This document shows positions 26,768 to 35,020 of a stretch of DNA of 50,746 bases, one piece after another. The translations under genes and the position numbers were made by a program. Source of the DNA: Bacteriovoracales bacterium (lineage in GTDB: Bacteria; Bdellovibrionota; Bacteriovoracia; Bacteriovoracales; Bacteriovoracaceae). Numbering within the stretch: the first letter of the stretch is position 1; every line of letters begins with the position of its first letter. The stretch lies in assembly GCA_026713835.1 (NCBI GenBank), contig JAPONP010000088.1, positions 1 through 50,746 of the forward strand, read 5' to 3'. The notes under the pieces are model-generated. The model saw only the letters and a program-made list of their open reading frames with translations, had not been told where the DNA came from and made no database searches.

Positions 26768-27473
26768 CAAATGGAAAAATATCCAACACCGCAAGGGGGC
26801 CCAAGACGCCAAGCGGGGCAAAATCTTTACCAAGATCATTAAGGAAATCACCGTCTCCGTGAAGATAGGAGGCCCCGATCCCGAGTCCAACCCCAGGTTG
26901 AGATTGGCCATGCAAAACGCCCGTAGCGCCAATATGCCTAAGGACAATATGGAAAGGGCCGTGAAAAAGGCTTTGGGAGAAGGCCCGGAAAACTATACGG
27001 AAGTGAGCTTTGAGGGATACGGGCCCGGAGGTGTGGCCTTTTTTGTGGAGTGCATGACGGACAATAATACTCGAACCGTCTCCAATATCCGATCCTATTT
27101 CAACAAATATGCAGGAAGTTTGGGTAAGGGCGGCTGTCTCCAATACGTCTTTTCCCGCAAAGGGGTTTTTTCCCTGTCTTCCGAAAACATTGAGGAGGAA
27201 GAGATTTCCTTGGCCATGATCGACGCAGGAGCCGAAGATGTGGAATTTGAGGACGGAAGGGTTATGATCGTGACCTCCATGGAAGATTTCGGCCAAGTTC
27301 AAAAGGCCCTTCAGTCCATGAAGATCGAGACCTGGGAAGGCAGTTTGGAAAGGATACCCCTCGAAATAAAAGAAGTGGATGAAAAGACCTTTGCCAAAAA
27401 TATGAAACTTTTAGATCTTCTCGAAGACGACGATGACGTTCAAAGGGTTTACCATAATATGGACACGATATGA
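26754..27473 (+). CDS. yebC: YebC/PmpR-family transcriptional/translational regulator
   Basis: Starts [32 protein letters not shown], the hallmark YebC N-terminus. The listed ORF start (26631) lies inside the MITE and was trimmed. Confidence 0.92.
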   Translation: [239 protein letters not shown]

Positions 27474-28126
27474 TGACGGCCCATGATCTCCAACATATCG
27501 AAAAGCTCACGGACGCCATTGAGGGTTGGTTTAGTGCCGAAGAGGGAAGGGCTTTTTATCATATCGCTAAGTCTTGCTCGGATGGTTCGGCCATTGTAGA
27601 AATCGGGTCTTGGCAGGGAAAATCCACCGTATGGATCGCCAAGGGCATCAAGGCCTCTCAAAAAGAAATTAAGTTTTACGCCATCGATCCCCATATCGGC
27701 TCCAAAGAACATCAAAAGGGCGAAAAAGTTTGGACCTTTGAAAAGTTTAAAGAAAATATGGCCAAGGCTTCCGTAGAGGATGTGGTTACTCCTCTCGTCA
27801 AATACAGTGACGACGCATTAAAGGATGTCGAAAGAGGCATCGACTTTCTTTTCATCGACGGTGCCCACGATTACGAATCGGTCAAAAACGATTTTGTCGG
27901 GTGGTTTCCCAAGGTCAATGACGGTGGGATGATCGCTTTCCATGATTCTACTTGGCCCGGAGTGAAAAGGGTGCTTACGGAAATGGTCTATCCCCATGAG
28001 TTTGTGACCCAAGCCAAGATGGTTCAGGGCACGACCATCGTCACCAAAAGCGGCCAAAAAGCCAACTTCACTCAACGCCTACAAAAGCGTCTTAGATCCT
28101 TTCAATTTCAACTCTTTCGCAAGTGA
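27470..28126 (+). CDS. Class I SAM-dependent methyltransferase (Methyltransf_24 / O-methyltransferase-like)
   Basis: 218 aa with motif I IVEIGSWQGKST and an FIDGAHDYESV acidic motif. Its ATG overlaps the yebC stop (ATGA). Confidence 0.75.
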   Translation: MMTAHDLQHIEKLTDAIEGWFSAEEGRAFYHIAKSCSDGSAIVEIGSWQGKSTVWIAKGIKASQKEIKFYAIDPHIGSKEHQKGEKVWTFEKFKENMAKASVEDVVTPLVKYSDDALKDVERGIDFLFIDGAHDYESVKNDFVGWFPKVNDGGMIAFHDSTWPGVKRVLTEMVYPHEFVTQAKMVQGTTIVTKSGQKANFTQRLQKRLRSFQFQLFRK

Positions 28127-28198
28127 GTTCCAAACAGTAAGAACCCTCCCTGCGTTATTGCATTCCCTCTAAAATAATGAATATTCTGCATACCATCC

Positions 28199-28227
28199 TT
28201 GACTCGGCGACTTTAGTTTCCTATAAC
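28199..28227 (+). promoter_or_regulatory. Candidate sigma70-type promoter for the 28277 gene
   Basis: TTGACT (28199-28204), a 17-nt spacer, then TATAAC (28222-28227), about 50 nt upstream of the ATG. GGAG lies before the start. Confidence 0.4.
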
Positions 28228-28276
28228 TTTTCATAAGACGATTAAAACTTTAAATTGAAATGACGGAGAAAAATCT

Positions 28277-28825
28277 ATGAAAAAAACTTTTGCCTCAATA
28301 GCTTTAGCATTTTCCCTCTCTCTCCTCTCCCATGCACAGATGTATGACGGAACATCGACTTGGAATGGAAATAACGCCTTCTCCTTTATAAGTATGGAGG
28401 GAGTAAAGATGCAATCCATCGAAGAAGCTCTTAAAAAGTGTCTGGAAAGTGGGGCCCGTCTCTGCTCCTACCAAAACTCGAAAACCAATAAATTTAATAA
28501 CGTAGAATGGTCTTACCTTCACAATATGAAAAGACACTACCATAGTATCACGAGTACGGTTGAGTCTCTCGATGATTTGGATTTATCCGAAGGAGAACTT
28601 TATACGGAAAACGATGGATGGCTGGCTCATAAACGAGCCCCCCTCACAATTGATGGAGTTCGGGCCATGGCACTGATGAAGGCCCTCCACAGTTGTTACA
28701 ATGACGGGTATCGCTTTTGCGTTTTGCTCACAGTTCCCCTTATAACGCAAAACCAATCGATTGGTAAAAACTACTATATTAACGCCGAAGCGAGCGTCCA
28801 GGGTTATAAGCTACGCAGAGAATAA
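28277..28825 (+). CDS. Hypothetical secreted protein (182 aa)
   Basis: Signal peptide MKKTFASIALAFSLSLLSHA. Several Cys pairs. The gene is AT-rich relative to its neighbours. No recognisable family. Confidence 0.55.
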   Translation: MKKTFASIALAFSLSLLSHAQMYDGTSTWNGNNAFSFISMEGVKMQSIEEALKKCLESGARLCSYQNSKTNKFNNVEWSYLHNMKRHYHSITSTVESLDDLDLSEGELYTENDGWLAHKRAPLTIDGVRAMALMKALHSCYNDGYRFCVLLTVPLITQNQSIGKNYYINAEASVQGYKLRRE

Positions 28826-29956
28826 AAATCTTAAGGATCTGCCCCACAGTTTTTGTAGAAAAAGCGGCCAAGGGAAAATGTGGATACCATCGGAAGTCAC
28901 CCTATGTTCAAGGTCTTGGGAAATGACAAAATACTCCTTCACAAGACCCTCTTCCTTAAAGGCCCGAAGCCCTTTCAGATGCTTATCTTGAACCATACTT
29001 GTGGACTTAATTTCAATAGCGGCCCATTTTTCTATGATGAGATCGACCTCAAATTTTGAAGTCGATCTCCAGTAAAACATTTGCAAAGACATTCTATGGT
29101 AACTGATAAAGGCCCGTATCTCCAAAATAATGAAATGCTCAAAAGCTTTTCCAAAGAGTTCACTGCGATCTTCAATCCCCCCCCTGTGGGATAAGCAATT
29201 GGTAACTCCAAGATCAAAGAGATAATATTTAAAACGGGATATGGCCTTACGCTTTTTGCTCCCGGTATATCCGGCCAAGGGAAACCCAAGAAGAGTATCA
29301 TTTAAAATACCGATGTAGTTTTTCAGTGTCGTCGGAGAAATTTGCAAATCTCTCGAAAACCCATCGTAGTTTATCTCTTGTCCGTTGGAGAGGGCCATCA
29401 ATTCCAAAAACTCAGAAAAAGCGGGGATATTGCGAGTAAGGGCCTCTTGTTGAACTTCCTCCCGAAGGTAAAGGCCCGTGTAGGACAGAAGTTCTTCTCG
29501 GTAGTCGGGAGAATCGTACACCTGGGGTAGTCCTCCTCGATTGAGATATCTAAGCAAATCAAAATCGGAAATCTCAGGCGAAGTCAAAGGGAAGAGTGAA
29601 GCCCACCAAGCCCTTCCTGCAAGGAGATTCACCCCCTTTCCCTTGAGCTTTCGGGCACTACTGCCGGTGAGCAAAAAAGTGTATTTTTTCTTCTCGATCA
29701 AACGGTGAACTTCATCTAAAAGGGGGGGGAATTTTTGAATTTCGTCGATAACGACGATGTTCTCGCCTCGGTGTTCCTCGTCCAACAAAGAGGGGCGTTT
29801 GACAAGGCGTTGGAATGTCAATGCATCCAGAAGATCATAAAAACGGGTACAGGGAATTTGTTTAACGAGGGTGGTTTTTCCCGTCGAGCGAGGCCCAAAG
29901 AGAAAGAAGGACTTCTTTTGGAGGAGGAGGGGGAGATCGAGAAGACGGCGATACAT
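28811..29956 (-). CDS. AAA_14 / DUF4143 family ATPase, paralog 1
   Basis: Walker A FGPRSTGKTT, Walker B VVIDEIQ and a C-terminal DUF4143-like region. I place the start at MYRRLLDLPLLLQKK (29956) by analogy with paralog 2. The listed start at 29995 lies inside an upstream repeat. Confidence 0.8.
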   Translation of the reverse strand: MYRRLLDLPLLLQKKSFFLFGPRSTGKTTLVKQIPCTRFYDLLDALTFQRLVKRPSLLDEEHRGENIVVIDEIQKFPPLLDEVHRLIEKKKYTFLLTGSSARKLKGKGVNLLAGRAWWASLFPLTSPEISDFDLLRYLNRGGLPQVYDSPDYREELLSYTGLYLREEVQQEALTRNIPAFSEFLELMALSNGQEINYDGFSRDLQISPTTLKNYIGILNDTLLGFPLAGYTGSKKRKAISRFKYYLFDLGVTNCLSHRGGIEDRSELFGKAFEHFIILEIRAFISYHRMSLQMFYWRSTSKFEVDLIIEKWAAIEIKSTSMVQDKHLKGLRAFKEEGLVKEYFVISQDLEHRVTSDGIHIFPWPLFLQKLWGRSLRFLFSA

Positions 29957-29962
29957 TTGGTC

Positions 29963-30054
29963 ATTATAGCGTCTATTTGATGAAAATCCATACATGAAGT
30001 GTGGATTTTAATGAAAATCCACATATAAGGCGTGGATTTTGATGAAAATCCATA
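29963..30054 (-). promoter_or_regulatory. TATAAT box plus three palindromic boxes spaced about 31 nt apart (GTGGATTTT-N4-AAAATCCAC), a candidate operator array
   Basis: Perfect 9-bp-arm palindrome at 30001-30022, an 8/9 palindrome at 30032-30053, and a degenerate copy at 29971-29993. On the minus strand TATAAT (29968-29963) lies 6 nt before the ATG at 29956, suggesting a leaderless or very short-leader mRNA. Confidence 0.5.
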
Positions 30055-30079
30055 CCTATCAATGTCTTCCCTCCCGTCC

Positions 30080-30937
30080 TCACGACGGAAGAGAGCCGGT
30101 CTTGATATGCAGATCCCGCTGGGGGAAGGGGATGATGACGGAATGTTCCCTGAACTTGGCCTCGATGGCAAACCTCAAGTCGCTTAGGATAAAATCCCCG
30201 CCCCAAATATCTCTGGTCCAGATGAAGAGTTTAAAATCCAGGGAAGAGGCCCCAAAACTAGAAAACTGAACCTGGGGCAAAGGAGAGGAGAGAATCTTCG
30301 GATGATCCCTGGCCGCTTCCAAGAGGGCCCTTTCCACCAAATTGGGATCGGTGCCGTAGGCCGCCCCCACCTCCACGCAAAGACGCATCTTTTCCGAGGA
30401 ATGGGATTCGTTGACCACCTGTTCGGAAATGAATTGGGCATTGGGCACGATAACGCTCACTTCGTCCCGAGTCTCCACAATCGTCGATCGCAACCCGATG
30501 CCGACGACTTTTCCCGTGACCCCTTGAACCTGCACGAGATCCCCCGCCTTGATGGGACGCTCGATCAAGATGATAAGGCCCGAAATAAAATTTTGGGTCA
30601 CGTTTTGAAGACCGAATCCAATCCCCACCATAAAGACGGCCCCGACGGTGGCCAAAGAACTCAAGCTGATCCCCACCGCATCCAAGGCCACCACAAGTCC
30701 TATGCCCATCATGGCGTAGCGGGAGAGGCGAGAGAGGGAATGGCCCACACCACTCTCCACGGAAGTCCTGGAAAGGGCCCTGCCCACGATCCTTTCGATC
30801 CAACGGGAAGCCGTAAAGAAAGAAAAGACGATCAATAGGCAAACGACGATGGAGAGAAAGGAGATATGGTGAGTCCCCACATGGAAGAGGGGTTTCGATA
30901 AATACTCCCAAGAAAATTTAGAAAGATCTAGATCCAT
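30080..30937 (-). CDS. mscS: Small-conductance mechanosensitive channel (MscS family)
   Basis: 285 aa with 3 TM helices followed by the MscS beta-domain motif IERPIKAGDLVQVQGVTGKVVGIGLRSTIVETRDEVSVIVPNAQF. Confidence 0.88.
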   Translation of the reverse strand: MDLDLSKFSWEYLSKPLFHVGTHHISFLSIVVCLLIVFSFFTASRWIERIVGRALSRTSVESGVGHSLSRLSRYAMMGIGLVVALDAVGISLSSLATVGAVFMVGIGFGLQNVTQNFISGLIILIERPIKAGDLVQVQGVTGKVVGIGLRSTIVETRDEVSVIVPNAQFISEQVVNESHSSEKMRLCVEVGAAYGTDPNLVERALLEAARDHPKILSSPLPQVQFSSFGASSLDFKLFIWTRDIWGGDFILSDLRFAIEAKFREHSVIIPFPQRDLHIKTGSLPS

Positions 30938-30946
30938 AAGGCTTCC

Positions 30947-31516
30947 TTACCTTTGAGAACGATTCGACCTCACTTTTGATGCCCTCTTTGGGGAGCTTTT
31001 TTTGGCCATCTTCTTGCCGGCTTTACCGGCCTTGCCGGACAATTTGTTGAGTTCAAACCAATCGTCTTTGACGATGGGATGAAAGTAATCGGCCTCATCC
31101 ACCAAGATTTTTGCAGTGGATTCGGCCACGGCCGCAATTTCAACCCTCACTCCACTTCCCTTGAGGTGTCTCACCAATTCCACATAATCGCTATCCCCGC
31201 TTAGGATGATGATGGTGTCCACCTTGGCGGCCAATTGGGTGGCCTTGATGCTCAAGGGGATGTCGGCGGATTTATGGCAGGGAACCGTGGAGCCGTGAAA
31301 ATTGGAGTGGAGGCGCTCCGTGAGTTTTCCGGAGATATTTTTCCCCTCTCTAAAATAAATCATGCGGTTGAGCCAACGACCGTCGAGAAGACGCGGAACC
31401 AGGGTATCGAAGTTAATCATGGCCGTTTCATTTTTTGTGACCGAATGAAGACTTCGCTCCACATTGTTTCCATCCACTAGGATGGCGACACTTTGGCTAA
31501 GAAGAACATCTTCCAT
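30947..31516 (-). CDS. NYN-domain (LabA/limkain-type) putative RNase with a Lys-rich basic tail
   Basis: VAILVDGNNV...IIILSGDSDYVELVRHLKGSGVRVEIAAV matches the NYN/LabA pattern. The start MEDVLL at 31516 overlaps the acnA stop (TGATG). The listed extension to 31603 was trimmed. Confidence 0.75.
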   Translation of the reverse strand: MEDVLLSQSVAILVDGNNVERSLHSVTKNETAMINFDTLVPRLLDGRWLNRMIYFREGKNISGKLTERLHSNFHGSTVPCHKSADIPLSIKATQLAAKVDTIIILSGDSDYVELVRHLKGSGVRVEIAAVAESTAKILVDEADYFHPIVKDDWFELNKLSGKAGKAGKKMAKKSSPKRASKVRSNRSQR

Positions 31517-34209
31517 CAGCGATCCGAGAGCCCACGAAGGACGTAGTGAAGAATCCCCCCATGTCGGTAATAGTCTAACTCGCCCTGAGTATCCAAACGA
31601 CAATTCATCTCAATTTGATCCTCCTCACCGTTTTTTCGGTGGATTTTCACCAAAACCTGCCCTCTTGGAACAAGCTCTTCAATTCCCATGATATCGAAAA
31701 CTTCGTTCCCCTGCAATTGAAGTCCCTCCACATCGGCCCCATCGGGAAACTCAAGGGGAAGAACCCCCATCCCGATGAGATTGGAGCGGTGAATACGCTC
31801 AAAACTTTGAGCCATGACCGCCTTCACTCCGAGAAGGGCCGTCCCCTTGGCCGCCCAATCCCTCGAGGAGCCGGTTCCGTACTCACGACCGGCCACCACC
31901 ACCAGAGGAATCCCTTGCTTTTGATACTCCATGGCCGCATCGAAAAGGGGACTCTCCTTTCCTTCGGGCCATTTTTTCGTCCATCCCCCCTCGGTTCCCG
32001 GGGCCATAAGATTGCGCAGGCGGATATTGGCAAAGGTTCCCCTCATCATCACCTCATGGTTGCCTCGTCTCGAGCCGTAGGAGTTAAATGCTTGAATCTC
32101 CACTCCCCGCTCCTTCAAATACAGTCCCGCCGGAGAATCTTTGTGGATCGGGCCCGCAGGGGAGATGTGATCCGTCGTCACCGAATCCCCTAGAATCGCA
32201 AGGGGCCTGGCCGAAAGGATGTCCTTGGGAGCGTCGGTCTCCCGTTTCATCCCCTCAAAATAGGGAGGACAGCGAACGTAGGTGGACTCCTCTTTCCACC
32301 GATAGGTTTCGCCGCCGCTTTCGGCCACTTTTCGCCACCGACCGTCGCCACAAAAAACATCGGCGTATTTATCTATAAACATTTTGGAATCGAGGCAATG
32401 GGCCAAGGTGTCGGCGATCTCTAAGTTGCTTGGCCAAATGTCTTTGAGATAGACCTCCTTTCCCTCCCCATCTCGTCCCAGAGGTTCCGTCGTCAAGTCC
32501 ACGTCCACGGAACCGGCCAAAGCGTAGGCCACCACCAAGGGGGGGGAGGCCAAAAAATTGGCCTTGACCTGGGGGGAGATGCGCCCCTCAAAGTTTCGGT
32601 TTCCCGAAAGAACCGAGGCCACGACCAAATCCCCTTTCTCCACGGCTTGGGAGATGTCTTCCGGCAAAGGTCCCGAGTTTCCGATACAGGTGGTGCAGCC
32701 GTAACCCACGATATGGAAACCCATCTTTTCAAGGGGTTCCAAAAGACCCGCAGCCTTGAGGTATTCGCCCACCACTTGGGAGCCCGGGGCCATGGAGGTC
32801 TTGACCCAAGGTTTGACCCGAAGGCCTAACTCGAAGGCCTTGGCCGCCACGAGACCTGCGGCCACCATCACGGATGGGTTGGAGGTGTTCGTGCAACTGG
32901 TGATGGCGGCGATGGCCACGTCTCCATCGGAAAGCCTTCCCTCTTCTCCCCTTTCCCCCTTCAGGGGAGTGGATCGGATCTTTTGAACCCGAAAGCTCTC
33001 CTTGAGGACGCTTTGAAACTCTTTTTTGACCTCTTCCAAGGGGATGCGATCCTGGGGCCTTTTGTGGCCGGCCAAACAGGGGGACACCTCTTTCAAATCC
33101 AACTCCAAAGTGGAAGTGAAGAGGGGTTCGGGGGAGTTTTGATCTCGCCAAAGACCTTGGGCCTTGGCGTATTCTTCCACCAAGAGAACACGAGATTCCT
33201 CACGCCCCGTAAAGCGAAGGTATCGAATGACCTCTTCGTCGATGGGGAAAAAGCCACAGGTGGCCCCGTACTCCGGGGCCATATTGGCGATGGTGGCCCG
33301 ATCGGCCAAGGAAAGGTGATCGAGGCCCGGGCCGTAAAATTCCACAAATTTTCCAACGACCCCAAAGGCCCTCAAGTTTTGAACGATTTGAAGCACGAGA
33401 TCCGTGGCCGTCACTCCCTCTCTCAAGCGACCGTCCAAACGAAACCCCACCACTTCCGGCACGGTCATGGTCACGGCTTGGCCCAACATGGCCGCTTCGG
33501 CTTCGATCCCTCCTACACCCCAACCCAAGACGGAAAGTCCGTTGATCATGGTGGTGTGGGAGTCGGTTCCGACACAGGTATCACAATAGGCCACGGTTTC
33601 CCCGCTCTCTTCCTCTTTCGTCCAAACCACTTGGGCCAAGGACTCCAAATTCACCTGGTGGATAATGCCCGTTCCGGGAGGAACCACTCGAAAATTGTCG
33701 AAGGCCTTGGCCCCCCATTTGAGAAACTCGTAGCGTTCCCGGTTTCTCACATACTCCAATTCCACGTTTTTTTGAAAGGCCTCCTTGGAGCCGAAATGAT
33801 CCACCTGAACGGAGTGGTCTATCACCAAATCCACCGGCACCTGGGGGTTGATCCTTTGGGCGTCCCCCCCCCATGCTTTGACCGCATCTCTCATCACGGC
33901 CAAATCTACCACGGCGGGAACTCCCGTAAAATCCTGCATCACCACTCGGGCCGGGTGATAGGCGATCTCTGCGTCACTCCTCTTTTTCTCCCCCCAACGG
34001 GCCATGGCCTCGATGTCCTTTTTCACGACGCTCTTGCCATCTTCGTGGCGCAAGAGGTTTTCCAAAAGAACTTTGAGGGAATAGGGCCACCGGTCAAAAT
34101 CTCCCAAGCTCTCGGCCGCCTTGGGGATGGAAAAATAGGTGTAGCTCTTTTGGCCCACCTTCAATATCTGCTTGGCGTCAAATGAATGGGGACCTTGGGG
34201 CAGGGCCAT
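31516..34209 (-). CDS. acnA: Aconitate hydratase A
   Basis: About 897 aa with the AcnA/IRP-type sequence throughout (SLKVLLENLLRHEDG, DSHTTMINGL, ITSCTNTSNP, CTTCIGNSG, SGNRNFEGR). Start chosen at the ATG 34209, which is preceded by GGAG. Confidence 0.93.
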   Translation of the reverse strand: MALPQGPHSFDAKQILKVGQKSYTYFSIPKAAESLGDFDRWPYSLKVLLENLLRHEDGKSVVKKDIEAMARWGEKKRSDAEIAYHPARVVMQDFTGVPAVVDLAVMRDAVKAWGGDAQRINPQVPVDLVIDHSVQVDHFGSKEAFQKNVELEYVRNRERYEFLKWGAKAFDNFRVVPPGTGIIHQVNLESLAQVVWTKEEESGETVAYCDTCVGTDSHTTMINGLSVLGWGVGGIEAEAAMLGQAVTMTVPEVVGFRLDGRLREGVTATDLVLQIVQNLRAFGVVGKFVEFYGPGLDHLSLADRATIANMAPEYGATCGFFPIDEEVIRYLRFTGREESRVLLVEEYAKAQGLWRDQNSPEPLFTSTLELDLKEVSPCLAGHKRPQDRIPLEEVKKEFQSVLKESFRVQKIRSTPLKGERGEEGRLSDGDVAIAAITSCTNTSNPSVMVAAGLVAAKAFELGLRVKPWVKTSMAPGSQVVGEYLKAAGLLEPLEKMGFHIVGYGCTTCIGNSGPLPEDISQAVEKGDLVVASVLSGNRNFEGRISPQVKANFLASPPLVVAYALAGSVDVDLTTEPLGRDGEGKEVYLKDIWPSNLEIADTLAHCLDSKMFIDKYADVFCGDGRWRKVAESGGETYRWKEESTYVRCPPYFEGMKRETDAPKDILSARPLAILGDSVTTDHISPAGPIHKDSPAGLYLKERGVEIQAFNSYGSRRGNHEVMMRGTFANIRLRNLMAPGTEGGWTKKWPEGKESPLFDAAMEYQKQGIPLVVVAGREYGTGSSRDWAAKGTALLGVKAVMAQSFERIHRSNLIGMGVLPLEFPDGADVEGLQLQGNEVFDIMGIEELVPRGQVLVKIHRKNGEEDQIEMNCRLDTQGELDYYRHGGILHYVLRGLSDR

Positions 34210-34320
34210 AAAAACTCCACAAAAAAGATTTCTCATGTTTTGGAAAGGGCCGTGATTCCCCGAAGTGTAAAGAATATCACCTTCCCCGTCAATAAAGCCA
34301 AGGGTATGCCCTAGAGTTTT

Positions 34321-34611
34321 TTAGGCAGCAGATTTGATTTTTAGTTCAATAGCCTTGCCCAGTGCGGTGATAATGCGAATAAGTCGTTCAATGGACACCC
34401 TTTGAAGGCTTCCGTTGACAATCCCCGTTACAGCTGAACGGGGGACTCCCGATAAGTCTGAAACTTCCTGGTGGGTAAGCCTCTCCCGTTTAATAATTTT
34501 GATAATTTCCTTGATGAGCTTCGCCTTAATTTCGGCAAGAACTCCTCTTGTAGGTGGCAGCTTGAGAGCCGTTGCAAGGTCGCTCATTTTTTTATAAGTT
34601 TTGAATTTCAC
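34321..34611 (-). CDS. XRE-family helix-turn-helix antitoxin (HigA-like)
   Basis: 96 aa with an HTH segment LTHQEVSDLSGVPRSAVTGIVNG. 4-nt overlap with the upstream toxin gene. Confidence 0.75.
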   Translation of the reverse strand: MKFKTYKKMSDLATALKLPPTRGVLAEIKAKLIKEIIKIIKRERLTHQEVSDLSGVPRSAVTGIVNGSLQRVSIERLIRIITALGKAIELKIKSAA

Positions 34612-34925
34612 AATAACCTCCTTATCCTCTTTTTTACCAGTTCTATACTTTTCTTTGGTGTCTTTTGTGTTTTCTTTTTAAAAGCATGAACAATGTATAT
34701 GGCCTCCTTTTTTTTGATGAAGTAAAAAACTCGATAAATTCCACTTTTGTCTTTTAACCTAAGTTCATGTACATTTCTCCCAATGCTTGGCATTGCCCGA
34801 GATAACGGCATATTCAAAGTTAAGCCTTCATTAAGACGAGAGACGATATCAAGAAAATCCTCTACAACCTCCCTAGGGAATAGAGTCAATTCCTTTTGAC
34901 AAACTTCCAAGATGATTGTTTTCAC
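34608..34925 (-). CDS. Type II toxin, RelE/ParE superfamily (phage Gp49 / HigB-like)
   Basis: 105 aa with HELRLKDKSGIYRVFYF...IYIVHAFKKKTQKTPKKSIELVKKR, the Gp49-like signature. GTG start. AT-rich. Confidence 0.75.
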   Translation of the reverse strand: MKTIILEVCQKELTLFPREVVEDFLDIVSRLNEGLTLNMPLSRAMPSIGRNVHELRLKDKSGIYRVFYFIKKKEAIYIVHAFKKKTQKTPKKSIELVKKRIRRLL

Positions 34926-35020
34926 GAGGAGATAGTCTCATAAATAAGACATATCGTCAAGAGATATTGGTTTTCGCTCCCAAAAAATACGTGTGGCTCC
35001 TCGCCGATTGTCCACCTGTA

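Noticed and set aside
26580-27302. 240-aa minus-strand ORF
   Set aside because: It is antisense to yebC, whose N-terminus is diagnostic, and it begins or ends inside the MITE.
29969-30054. Possible mini-CRISPR array (regularly spaced palindromic repeats)
   Set aside because: There are only three units with 8-9-nt spacers and no cas genes in the window. The units overlap a promoter-like region, so they are better explained as operator sites.
30258-30911. 217-aa Gly/Arg-rich ORF in an alternative frame of mscS
   Set aside because: The MscS frame carries the family motifs. This frame is compositional noise.
32983-34185. 400-aa plus-strand ORF, with several other long ORFs in alternative frames over 31.6-34.2 kb
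   Set aside because: It is fully antisense to an unambiguous aconitase A gene. The sequence is low-complexity (Gly/His/Pro-rich) with no recognisable motifs and no start context. Long shadow ORFs of this kind recur opposite highly conserved genes throughout this window.
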